The position numbers and the translations under genes were made by a program. Positions 52,684-61,104 of a stretch of 64,000 bases of DNA are shown one piece after another. The stretch comes from an uncultured Clostridia bacterium (GTDB lineage: Bacteria; Bacillota; Clostridia; TANB77; CAG-508). The DNA lies in assembly GCA_934167685.1 (NCBI GenBank), contig CAKPLQ010000002.1:18352-82351 (forward strand), given 5' to 3'. Each line of letters begins with the position of its first letter. Positions within the stretch are counted from its first letter, which is position 1. The notes under the pieces were generated by a model. The model ran no database searches, was not told the origin of the DNA, and worked only from the letters and a program-made list of their open reading frames with translations.

Positions 52684-52704
52684 AAACGCCGACGAGGCGT
52701 TTTT
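52684..52704 (+). terminator. rpmF terminator
   Basis: aaacgcc / ggcgttt stem, 5-nt loop, and T5. Confidence 0.75.
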
Positions 52705-52856
52705 GTGCTGAAATTCATTATTATTTGATATTGTTTGAAATTACTCAAATTCGAAAAAACTAAAATGTGAAAGGCTATTGTATTGCAGGAATGTATAAAA
52801 CATTGCCCAGAATGGTATAATAGCAATAATTGTAAAAATTTAAGGAGGAATTTAAA

Positions 52857-54290
52857 GTGAAAAATTTAAGAAAAACTAAAATTGTAGGAACAATCGGTCC
52901 AGCAAGTGAAAACAAATTAGAAGAATTATTTGATGCAGGGTTAAATGTATGCAGAATTAATTATTCACATGGTAGCTGGGATGAACAATCAGAAAAAACA
53001 GAAACAATAATTAGACTAAGAGAAGAAAAAGATTTACCAATTGCTTTGCTATTAGATATGAAAGGTCCGGAAATTAGAACAGGAATGTTGTATACAGGAA
53101 AAAATACAAAAATCCAATTAAAAGATGGACAAAAATTCACATTAGTTAATGAAGATATTACAGGAGACGAAGAAAAAGTTTCTGTAACATATAAAGAATT
53201 ATATAAAGATGTTCAACCAGGTACAAAAATCTTAATCGATGATGGTGCAATTGAATTAAAAGTTGACGAAGTTGTAGGAAAAGACATTGTTACAACAGTT
53301 GTTCATGGAAATGGATTAGGAAGTAGAAAAACTATGAACTTACCAGGAACAATCATCAGATTACCAGGTTTAGCAGAAAAAGATATTGCAGATTTAAAAA
53401 CAGCTTGTGAACATGAGTATGACTTTGTTGCAATCTCATTTGCAAGAAACTTAGATGATATAAGACAAGTAAGAAAAGTATTAGACGAAAATGGTGGAAA
53501 AGATATCCAAATAATAACAAAAATTGAAAATGTTGAAGGATTAGCAAACTTAGATGATATTCTAAACGAAGCTGATGCTCAAATGATAGCTCGTGGAGAT
53601 ATGGCTACAGAAACTGACTTTACAGAACCACCAGTTGTTCAAAAGAGAATTATTAGAACAGCAAATAAATTATTTAAACCAGCTATAACAGCTACACAAA
53701 TGTTGGAATCAATGACACATCAACCATTACCAACAAGAGCTGAAGCAAGTGATGTTGCAAATGCTATTTATGATAGAACAAGTGCAATAATGCTTTCAGG
53801 AGAATGTGCTCAAGGTGATTATCCAGTTGAATGTGTAAAGACAATGGTTAAAATAGCTAACAGAGTTGAACCAGAAATCCATTACTGGAAGAGATTTGAC
53901 AATAATGAGTATTTAGATTTATCAGATGATGAAGCTAAAATTGCTTATTCTTCATGTGTAACAGCTAAAAACTTTAATGCTGATGCAATTGTTGTATACA
54001 CACATACAGGAGATTCTGCTAGAACATTAGCTGGTCTTGGAGCTGGATGCCCAATCTTAGCTGTAACAGATAACAAGAGAACATTCCATCAATTAGCTTT
54101 AGCTTGGAACGTAACTCCAGTATTTGTTGAAGGTGAAGAAACAATTGAAGAAACAGTTGAAAAAGGAATTCAAAAATTAAGAGAAAAAGAAATCCTTGAA
54201 AAAGGTGATGTTGTAGTTCTTTTAGGTGGAGCTCAAACATTTACTAAAGGTATAGATAAAAAAGTTCTTGGAGGAATCGTAAGAATTTAG
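52857..54290 (+). CDS. pyk: Pyruvate kinase
   Basis: GTG start after aaggagga. 'KTKIVGTIGPAS', 'NYSHG', 'LLDMKGPEIRTG', 'ISFARN', 'IITKIEN.EG', 'MIARGDM', 'ATQMLESM', 'MLSGE'. Confidence 0.95.
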   Translation: MKNLRKTKIVGTIGPASENKLEELFDAGLNVCRINYSHGSWDEQSEKTETIIRLREEKDLPIALLLDMKGPEIRTGMLYTGKNTKIQLKDGQKFTLVNEDITGDEEKVSVTYKELYKDVQPGTKILIDDGAIELKVDEVVGKDIVTTVVHGNGLGSRKTMNLPGTIIRLPGLAEKDIADLKTACEHEYDFVAISFARNLDDIRQVRKVLDENGGKDIQIITKIENVEGLANLDDILNEADAQMIARGDMATETDFTEPPVVQKRIIRTANKLFKPAITATQMLESMTHQPLPTRAEASDVANAIYDRTSAIMLSGECAQGDYPVECVKTMVKIANRVEPEIHYWKRFDNNEYLDLSDDEAKIAYSSCVTAKNFNADAIVVYTHTGDSARTLAGLGAGCPILAVTDNKRTFHQLALAWNVTPVFVEGEETIEETVEKGIQKLREKEILEKGDVVVLLGGAQTFTKGIDKKVLGGIVRI

Positions 54291-54343
54291 TTATAAAATA
54301 ATATTTTTAGCCATCATCTTGTTTTGACGAAATGCTAAACATA

Positions 54344-54389
54344 AAATATCACAATTTTGATAGAAATATCATTGTTGTGATATTTTTTT
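54344..54389 (+). terminator. pyk terminator
   Basis: aaatatcacaa / ttgtgatattt form an 11-bp stem with a 20-nt loop, followed by T7. Confidence 0.65.
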
Positions 54390-54408
54390 ACTTGACTATT
54401 CAGTCTAA

Positions 54409-54437
54409 TTGATAAAAATTTCTTAAAAATATATAAT
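54409..54437 (+). promoter_or_regulatory. Candidate sigma-A promoter for accD-accA
   Basis: TTGATA, 17 nt, TATAAT. Confidence 0.5.
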
Positions 54438-54462
54438 ATCAAAAGATTGAAGAGGAGAGCGA

Positions 54463-56172
54463 GTGAGGGCAAAAATGATTATAGATAAGATAAAAAAGAT
54501 GAATAAAGTAGAGAAAAGAAGTAAAAATGAAAAAGCTTCTGATATGTTGATTGGAAAATGGATTAAATGTGATAATTGTAAGGAGATATTGTATAAAGAA
54601 GACGTACACAATAATTTTAGTGTGTGTCCTAATTGTGGCAAACATTTTAGGATTTCTGCAAGAAGGAGAATTAGACAAATTGCAGATGATGATACTTTTG
54701 TAGAAATTGGAGCAGAAATACAGACAAAAGACCCATTAAAATTTGAAGGATATTTAAAAAAAGTTGAACTGTTGAAACAGAAAACTCAAATTGATGAAGC
54801 TGTGAAATGTGGTGTCTGTAAAATTAATGGAGAGAGTGCAGTTATTGCAGTTATGGATGGTAATTTTATGATGGGAAGTATGGGAAGTGCTGTTGGAGAG
54901 AGAATAACTTTAGCAATAGAAACTTCGATTGAAAAAAGGCTTCCTTTAATAATATTTTGCGTATCAGGTGGGGCAAGGATGCAAGAAGGAATTATATCAC
55001 TTATGCAAATGGCAAAAACCTCAGCAGCATTAGCTAAACATGATAAAGAGGGGCTATTATATATATCTGTTTTAACTGACCCAACTACAGGTGGAGTTAC
55101 GGCAAGTTTTGCGAGCCTAGGTGACATAATAATCGCTGAGCCTAATGCTTTAATAGGGTTTGCGGGTCCTAGAGTAATAGAACAAACTATAAGAGAAAAG
55201 TTACCAGAGGGTTTCCAAAGGTCTGAGTTCTTGCTTGAGCATGGGTTTGTGGATATGATTGTTGAAAGAAAAGACATGAAAGAGACTTTATATAGGATAT
55301 TGAAGATGCATAAAGTTGGATTGAAATGCGATAAAGATATAAAAATATTGAATGAGGAAAGGACTGATGCAAAGGCTAAAACTGCATGGGAAAAAGTTTG
55401 CTTAGCAAGAATGGCTGATAGACCTAAAGCATTAGATTATATAAATAAAATATTTACAGATTTTGTAGAATTACATGGAGATAGAAGCTTTGGAGATGAT
55501 AAATCAATAATTGGTGGCCTGGCATTATTGAATACTGTTCCGGTTACAGTGATTGGAGAACAAAAAGGAAAAAATGTAAAAGAAAATATGGATAGAAATT
55601 TCGGGATGCCAAATCCAGAAGGATATAGAAAAGCTTTGCGATTGATGAAGCAAGCAGAAAAATTTAATAGGCCGATAATAACTTTTATAGATACTCCAGG
55701 AGCATATCCGGGTATTGGGGCTGAAGAGAGAGGCCAAGGGGAAGCGATTGCAAGAAATATGTTTGAGATGTCAAAAATTAAAGTTCCAATCATATGTGTG
55801 GTAATAGGCGAAGGTTCAAGCGGAGGAGCTTTGGCTATTGCTGTAGGGGATAGGATTGTGATGCTTGAAAATGCAGTATATTCGATACTTTCGCCAGAGG
55901 GATTTGCTAGCATTTTGTATAAGGATTCGAGCAAAGCTCAAGAGGCTGCTGAAAATATGAAGTTGACAGCACAAGATTTAATGGATTTAGGTGTTATAGA
56001 TAAAATTGTTGAAGAACCAGAAGAAGGTGCTCAAGCAAATTTTAAGATGGTGGCTGATGAGTTGAAGTCTTATATTGCGAAGTCTATAGATGAGCTTAGT
56101 TCAATTGCGTGTATTTCGAAGGATGAGTTGATTGAGGAAAGATATAAAAAATTTAGAAAAATGCACGGATGA
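54463..56172 (+). CDS. accDA: Acetyl-CoA carboxylase carboxyltransferase, fused beta (AccD) and alpha (AccA) subunits
   Basis: The AccD Zn ribbon '[29 protein letters not shown]' and 'GGARMQEG' are followed in the same ORF by AccA '[19 protein letters not shown]', '[11 protein letters not shown]', '[22 protein letters not shown]', '[10 protein letters not shown]'. The GTG start lies 5-6 nt after gaggag. The stop lies inside a repeat unit. Confidence 0.9.
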   Translation: MRAKMIIDKIKKMNKVEKRSKNEKASDMLIGKWIKCDNCKEILYKEDVHNNFSVCPNCGKHFRISARRRIRQIADDDTFVEIGAEIQTKDPLKFEGYLKKVELLKQKTQIDEAVKCGVCKINGESAVIAVMDGNFMMGSMGSAVGERITLAIETSIEKRLPLIIFCVSGGARMQEGIISLMQMAKTSAALAKHDKEGLLYISVLTDPTTGGVTASFASLGDIIIAEPNALIGFAGPRVIEQTIREKLPEGFQRSEFLLEHGFVDMIVERKDMKETLYRILKMHKVGLKCDKDIKILNEERTDAKAKTAWEKVCLARMADRPKALDYINKIFTDFVELHGDRSFGDDKSIIGGLALLNTVPVTVIGEQKGKNVKENMDRNFGMPNPEGYRKALRLMKQAEKFNRPIITFIDTPGAYPGIGAEERGQGEAIARNMFEMSKIKVPIICVVIGEGSSGGALAIAVGDRIVMLENAVYSILSPEGFASILYKDSSKAQEAAENMKLTAQDLMDLGVIDKIVEEPEEGAQANFKMVADELKSYIAKSIDELSSIACISKDELIEERYKKFRKMHG

Positions 56173-56258
56173 GAACCGGTCCCAACGGTGCACTTTTTAC
56201 ATAGTTTTGCATAGTTGAAGGCTGTTTTGCACCGTTGGGACCGGTTCTCATCCGTGCA
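56162..56258. repeat. Perfect inverted pair of the 31-nt repeat (56162-56192 and 56228-56258, 35-nt spacer)
   Basis: tgcacggatgAGAACCGGTCCCaacggtgca and its exact reverse complement. The spacer contains catagtttt-gcatagtt. The pair overlaps the accDA stop and ends 27 nt before the fabI ATG. Confidence 0.9.
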
Positions 56259-56284
56259 AGAATTAAATATGGAGGTAAAATTAA

Positions 56285-57055
56285 ATGATTTTAAATAACA
56301 AAAAAATAGTAATAATGGGGATAAGAAATAAATGGAGTATTGCTTGGGGAGCGGCGAAGTCTGCTAATGAGCAGGGCGCACAGGTGATTTTTACATGTGG
56401 TTCAAAAGAAAAGATTGAGAAAATAAAAGAATTAACAGACGAAATTCCTAATTCAGATGTTTTTGCATGTGATGCAAGTTCTGATATAAGTATTCAAGAA
56501 TGTTTTGAAGAAATTAAAAACAAATATGGAAAAGTAGATGGAATTCTTCATGCGATTGCTCATGCTAATACAGAAGATTTACGAAATGATTTTATTTTGA
56601 CATCAAGAAGTGGATACGCTCATGCATGTGATGTAAGCGCTTATTCATTGATTGCAGTGGCACAAATAGCCAAGAAAATAAATCTATTAAGTGAAGGTGC
56701 AAGTATTGTTTCATATACATATTATGGGGCAGAGAAAGTAGTTGAAGGATATAATGTAATGGGAGCAGCAAAAGCAGCATTAGAAGCTAATATTAGGTAT
56801 CTGGCAAATGATTTGGGAAAATATAAAATACGAATTAATGGTATTTCTGCAGGCCCAATAAAGACATTATCTGCTAAAGGAATAAAAGATTTTAATATAA
56901 TATTAGATGAGGTGGAAAATAAAGCACCATTACACCAAAATGTAACGCCAAAGCAGGTTGGCGATGCTACAAGTTTTTTATTTAGCGATATGTCTTCTGC
57001 TATTACTGGCGAAATCATTCATGTCGATAATGGTTTTTCAATTATTGGGGCATAA
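56285..57055 (+). CDS. fabI: Enoyl-[acyl-carrier-protein] reductase (NADH) FabI
   Basis: 'KKIVIMGIRNKWSIAWGAA', 'HAIAHA', 'YNVMGAAKAALEA..RYLA.DLG', 'INGISAGPIKTLSAKGI', 'GEIIHVDNGF'. Confidence 0.92.
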   Translation: MILNNKKIVIMGIRNKWSIAWGAAKSANEQGAQVIFTCGSKEKIEKIKELTDEIPNSDVFACDASSDISIQECFEEIKNKYGKVDGILHAIAHANTEDLRNDFILTSRSGYAHACDVSAYSLIAVAQIAKKINLLSEGASIVSYTYYGAEKVVEGYNVMGAAKAALEANIRYLANDLGKYKIRINGISAGPIKTLSAKGIKDFNIILDEVENKAPLHQNVTPKQVGDATSFLFSDMSSAITGEIIHVDNGFSIIGA

Positions 57056-57059
57056 AAAC

Positions 57060-57126
57060 TGCACGTTTGGGACCGGTTCTCTGCGGTGCAAAATTTGCAC
57101 CGCAGAGAACCGGTCCCAAACGTGCA
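57060..57126. repeat. Perfect inverted pair of the 31-nt repeat (57060-57090 and 57096-57126, 5-nt spacer)
   Basis: tgcacgtttGGGACCGGTTCTctgcggtgca aaatt tgcaccgcagAGAACCGGTCCCaaacgtgca. It can form a hairpin of about 31 bp starting 5 nt after the fabI stop. Confidence 0.9.
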
Positions 57127-57151
57127 AACATCAAAAAATTTCCATAAATGC

Positions 57152-57180
57152 TTGATTTTTTCGATAAAGTATAGTACAAT
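57152..57180 (+). promoter_or_regulatory. Candidate rpsO promoter
   Basis: TTGATT, 17 nt, TACAAT. Confidence 0.45.
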
Positions 57181-57276
57181 AGTTATGTAAAAAAATGTTC
57201 CTTAAACTTAGCACAATAAAAAACACCTATTATTGTAGCTCGGTATAAGGAGAAAAAGGAAATAGGAGGTGTTATT

Positions 57277-57540
57277 ATGACAACAGAAAGAAAACAACAA
57301 ATCATTAATGAATATAGAAGAGACGAAAAGGATACTGGTTCTTCAGAAGTTCAAATCGCTCTTTTAACAGAAAGAATTAATGAATTAACAGAGCATTTAA
57401 AAGTTCATAAGAAAGACAACCATTCTAGAAGAGGTCTTTTAAAGATGGTTGGTAAAAGAAGAAATTTATTAAACTACTTAGCTAAAAAAGATGAAGAAGC
57501 TTATAAAGAACTAGTTAAAAAATTAGGACTAAGAAAATAG
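57277..57540 (+). CDS. rpsO: 30S ribosomal protein S15
   Basis: '[45 protein letters not shown]'. Confidence 0.95.
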   Translation: MTTERKQQIINEYRRDEKDTGSSEVQIALLTERINELTEHLKVHKKDNHSRRGLLKMVGKRRNLLNYLAKKDEEAYKELVKKLGLRK

Positions 57541-57827
57541 TTGATAAGTTGTATGTAGAAGGGCGTTTGCAACATGCGACGTCTTTTTATTAGGTAAAAA
57601 GTAGGTATAGGCAAATTATGAGTAGAAAGGTAGCTTGTATAATGTTTTAAATAGCAGTGCTTAAAATTTAAGATATTATAGAGGTTACAATCTACAGATG
57701 GTTTGCAGTATACTTCGTTATCTTTAATAAAGTATTGAAGATTAATAAAGAGATAGGTGTAAAGTAAAACGAATTGGCGAGATGTGATAAAAACGCTTTT
57801 GCCAGAAAAAAGAAAGGTAGGAAAATT

Positions 57828-59981
57828 ATGTTTAAAAGTTATGAAACAGAATTAGCAGGAAGAAAACTTGTAATAGAAACAGGCAAACTATGTGGATTAG
57901 CAAATGGAAGTGTAGTTGTAAAATATGGAGATACTGTAGTAATGGTAAATGTTACAGCATCAAAAGAACCAAGAGATGGAATCGATTTCTTCCCATTATC
58001 AGTAGATTATGAAGAAAAATTATATTCAGTTGGAAAGATTCCAGGATCTTATCAAAAAAGAGAAGGTAAGCCAAGTGATAAAGCAATATTGACATCAAGA
58101 GCAATTGACAGACCTTTAAGACCACTATTCCCAAAAGATTTTAGAAACGATGTTGTAGTTGTTGCAACAGTTCTATGTGTAGAGCAAGACAATTCACCAG
58201 AAGTAGCAGCAATGATAGGAGCTTCAGCAGCTTTATCAATTTCTGACATTCCATTTGGTGGACCAACAGCAGCAGTAAATGTAGGTTTGGTTGATGGAGA
58301 AATAGTTATAAACCCAACAGAATCTCAAAGAGAAAAAAGTGATTTGACTTTAACAGTTGCAGGAACAGCCGAAAAAGTAGCAATGATTGAAGCAGGAGCT
58401 AATGAAGTTCCAGATGATGTAATGCTAGAAGCAATTAAAAAAGGACATGCTGAAATTAAAAAGATATGTGAATTTATTCAAAAAATGAAAGATGAAATTG
58501 GAAAACCAAAATTTGAATACAAATCATTTGCAGTTGACCATGATTTATATGAATTTTTAGAAAACAATTTCACAGAAAAAATGAAAATTGCTGTTCAAGA
58601 AGTTGATAAAGAAACTAGAGACAACAATGTAGCAGCATTATCAGACGAAATAACAGCAGCTGTTACAGAAAAATTAGGAGAAGAAGCTGTAGCAGAAAGA
58701 GCTCAAGAAATTGGAGAAGCTATTTATAAGTTAGAGAAAAAATGTGTAAGAGATATGATATTCTATGAGCACAAAAGAGTTGACGGAAGAGCAATTGACG
58801 AAATAAGACCATTATCATGCGAAGCTGGAGTATTACCTCGTACACATGGAAGTGCTATATTTACAAGAGGTCAAACTCAAGTAATGTCAATAGTAACACT
58901 TGGAATGTTAAGTGAAGAACAAGACTTAGATGGTATTGATACAGAAACATCAAAAAGATATATGCATCAATATAATTTCCCTGCATACAGTGTTGGAGAA
59001 GCTAGACCATCAAGAGGTCCTGGAAGAAGAGAAATTGGGCATGGGGCTTTAGCAGAAAAAGCATTAGTTCCAGTACTTCCATCAAAAGAAGAATTCCCTT
59101 ATGCTATAAGAGTTGTATCAGAAGTATTATCTTCAAATGGTTCAACATCTCAAGCAAGTATTTGTGGAAGCACATTATCTTTAATGGATGCAGGTGTTCC
59201 AATTAAAAGACCAGTTGCTGGTATTTCTACAGGTTTAGTAACAAATCCAAATGACCCAGATGATTATGTAATGCTAACAGATATTCAAGGACTTGAAGAT
59301 TTCTTCGGAGATATGGATTTCAAAGTTGGTGGTACAGAAAAAGGTATTACAGCTATTCAAGTAGATATAAAAGTTGATGGATTATCATATAAGATAATTG
59401 AAGAGGCTTTTGCTAGAACTAGAAAAGCAAGACAATATATTTTAGATGATATTATGAAACCTGTTATTGCTGAACCAAGAGAAGAACTTTCTCCATATGC
59501 ACCTCAAATAGTTACTACTCAAATTAAAGTTGAAAAAATTAAAGATGTAATTGGTAAAGGTGGAGAAACAATTAATAAGATAATCGATGCAACTGGTGTT
59601 AAAATTGATATCGAAGAAGATGGACAAGTTATGATTTATTCTCCAGACCAAGATAAAGCTTACCAAGCTTTAGATATGATAGAAGATATTGTTAGAGAAT
59701 TTGAAGTTGGACAAATCTATTATGGAACTGTTACTAGAACAACTTCATTTGGAGCTTTTGTTGATATCGGCGGAGGTAAAGAAGGTTTGGTTCATATTTC
59801 TAAAATTGCTAAGGAAAGAGTTAATAAGGTAGAGGATTATGTTAAACCTGGAGATAAGGTTCCTGTAAAAGTTATTGGAATTGATGACCAAGGTAAAATT
59901 AATCTTACTATGAAAGATTTAGTGGACTTGAGTCAAGAGAAAATTTTAGAAGATGAAATTAAAGATGAAAATAATGAATAA
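57828..59981 (+). CDS. pnp: Polyribonucleotide nucleotidyltransferase (PNPase)
   Basis: The start is at M19 of the ORF (aaaggtagga RBS). 'GR.L..ETGK.A..A.GSV', 'R.DGR..DEIRP', two RNase PH domains, KH 'GKGGETINKI', and S1 'G.IY.G.V.R...FGAFV'. Confidence 0.95.
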   Translation: MFKSYETELAGRKLVIETGKLCGLANGSVVVKYGDTVVMVNVTASKEPRDGIDFFPLSVDYEEKLYSVGKIPGSYQKREGKPSDKAILTSRAIDRPLRPLFPKDFRNDVVVVATVLCVEQDNSPEVAAMIGASAALSISDIPFGGPTAAVNVGLVDGEIVINPTESQREKSDLTLTVAGTAEKVAMIEAGANEVPDDVMLEAIKKGHAEIKKICEFIQKMKDEIGKPKFEYKSFAVDHDLYEFLENNFTEKMKIAVQEVDKETRDNNVAALSDEITAAVTEKLGEEAVAERAQEIGEAIYKLEKKCVRDMIFYEHKRVDGRAIDEIRPLSCEAGVLPRTHGSAIFTRGQTQVMSIVTLGMLSEEQDLDGIDTETSKRYMHQYNFPAYSVGEARPSRGPGRREIGHGALAEKALVPVLPSKEEFPYAIRVVSEVLSSNGSTSQASICGSTLSLMDAGVPIKRPVAGISTGLVTNPNDPDDYVMLTDIQGLEDFFGDMDFKVGGTEKGITAIQVDIKVDGLSYKIIEEAFARTRKARQYILDDIMKPVIAEPREELSPYAPQIVTTQIKVEKIKDVIGKGGETINKIIDATGVKIDIEEDGQVMIYSPDQDKAYQALDMIEDIVREFEVGQIYYGTVTRTTSFGAFVDIGGGKEGLVHISKIAKERVNKVEDYVKPGDKVPVKVIGIDDQGKINLTMKDLVDLSQEKILEDEIKDENNE

Positions 59982-59988
59982 TAATGAA

Positions 59989-60015
59989 AAGAGGAGCTAT
60001 ATTATAGCTCCTCTT
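59989..60015. terminator. Hairpin between convergent pnp and 60047-60400
   Basis: aagaggagcta / tagctcctctt form a stem of about 11 bp. An A-run lies on the 5' side, so it is the better terminator for the minus-strand gene. Confidence 0.55.
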
Positions 60016-60046
60016 AGTCAGTTATTGACATGTGGGTAGGACAGAG

Positions 60047-60400
60047 TTAACCAAAAATGTCAAATTTCTGAACTGCCCCCTTTGTTATGTAGATGCAATC
60101 AGCAGATACACCTGTCAGACGTTCCAAATTTCTTCGGAACTCCTGGTCGGGTATCTTTTCCAACCTATCATAGTCGGAGAGCGATGTAAACACATCCACA
60201 TCTAACCGACATATGGTGCGGCTTCCTACTTTGAGTTTCTGAAGAAGTAATACTTGATTGTAGCACTTATCTTCAGGGACGAAGTTTTCATCTTCGTCCT
60301 CATCAATACTGATGATGGGACTTGCCAGGCAATACTGGCCTTCCTTTGCATTTTTAAATCTGTCAATAACTGTCATTCCTCTATATGTTTTCTTTTTCAT
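60047..60400 (-). CDS. Hypothetical protein (117 aa) in a G+C-richer patch
   Basis: RBS aaggagga lies 7 nt upstream on the minus strand. It has an acidic central stretch (IDEDEDENFVPED). No family was recognised. Confidence 0.6.
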   Translation of the reverse strand: MKKKTYRGMTVIDRFKNAKEGQYCLASPIISIDEDEDENFVPEDKCYNQVLLLQKLKVGSRTICRLDVDVFTSLSDYDRLEKIPDQEFRRNLERLTGVSADCIYITKGAVQKFDIFG

Positions 60401-60544
60401 ATAGGTTCCTCCTTAGTATGTGACCACTCTAATCCAAGTGGCGATTTATTGTTTAACTAATACGATTGTAACATATTTATGTAAATAAGTCAAATCAGAG
60501 ATTTTAATCCGTAATATAAGTAATGCTTATGATAAAAATGGAAT

Positions 60545-60586
60545 AAAAAAAGAGAAGAAAAACTAAAAATAAAATTTTTCTTCTCT
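60545..60586 (-). terminator. Terminator of 60614-60865 (minus strand)
   Basis: agagaagaaaaa / tttttcttctct form a 12-bp perfect stem with a 12-nt loop, followed by a T-run on the minus strand. Confidence 0.7.
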
Positions 60587-60613
60587 AAAATTTCATAATA
60601 TAGAAAGAACTAA

Positions 60614-60865
60614 TTACAATACGTTAGTTCTTCTATAGACCGGTTCCTCAACATACAGTATAGAATGACCAACAATTTTGGCACATTCAGCTAATGCAGA
60701 AGCAAAAGGTTCCTTATCATGTCCGATATTAGCAGGAAATTCCTTTAATACCATATTAGAACCGTTTCGATATTCTTCTAAAATCCAACAGTTTTCCTGT
60801 TTCCGAAGAATATAACGTGCTGTTTTAGGTGCATCCAAATATGAATTTACATATATATGTCTCAT
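60614..60865 (-). CDS. Hypothetical protein (83 aa) in a G+C-richer patch
   Basis: The start is at M21 of the ORF (MRHIYV..), with aaaggag 9 nt upstream. No family was recognised. Confidence 0.55.
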   Translation of the reverse strand: MRHIYVNSYLDAPKTARYILRKQENCWILEEYRNGSNMVLKEFPANIGHDKEPFASALAECAKIVGHSILYVEEPVYRRTNVL

Positions 60866-61104
60866 AATGGAAAACTCCTTTCGATGAAATATCCCTTTAT
60901 CAAGGGATGTGTTTACTTGTAACAAATACTATTATAGCACGTATTCTACATAAAATCAATACATAAATAGAAAAAAGTTGTAAATTTAATATTGATTAAA
61001 CTATTTAATATTAAAAACTATACTTTTATAGCTTCATATGATAAAATGCGATAGAGGTAAGGAAACAATTAGAATCGAGCAACAAGAGAGAAAGGAGACT
61101 GACT

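Noticed and set aside
54786-55934. Long minus-strand ORFs 54786-55277 and 55437-55934.
   Set aside because: They lie antisense to the strongly supported accD-accA gene, have no RBS, and have non-protein-like composition.
17202-57126. Whether the 31-nt repeats could be a CRISPR array or arrays.
   Set aside because: - The units occur as isolated singles or pairs scattered over 40 kb, mostly in inverted orientation with 5-35-nt spacers.
- There is no regular repeat-spacer series and no cas genes.
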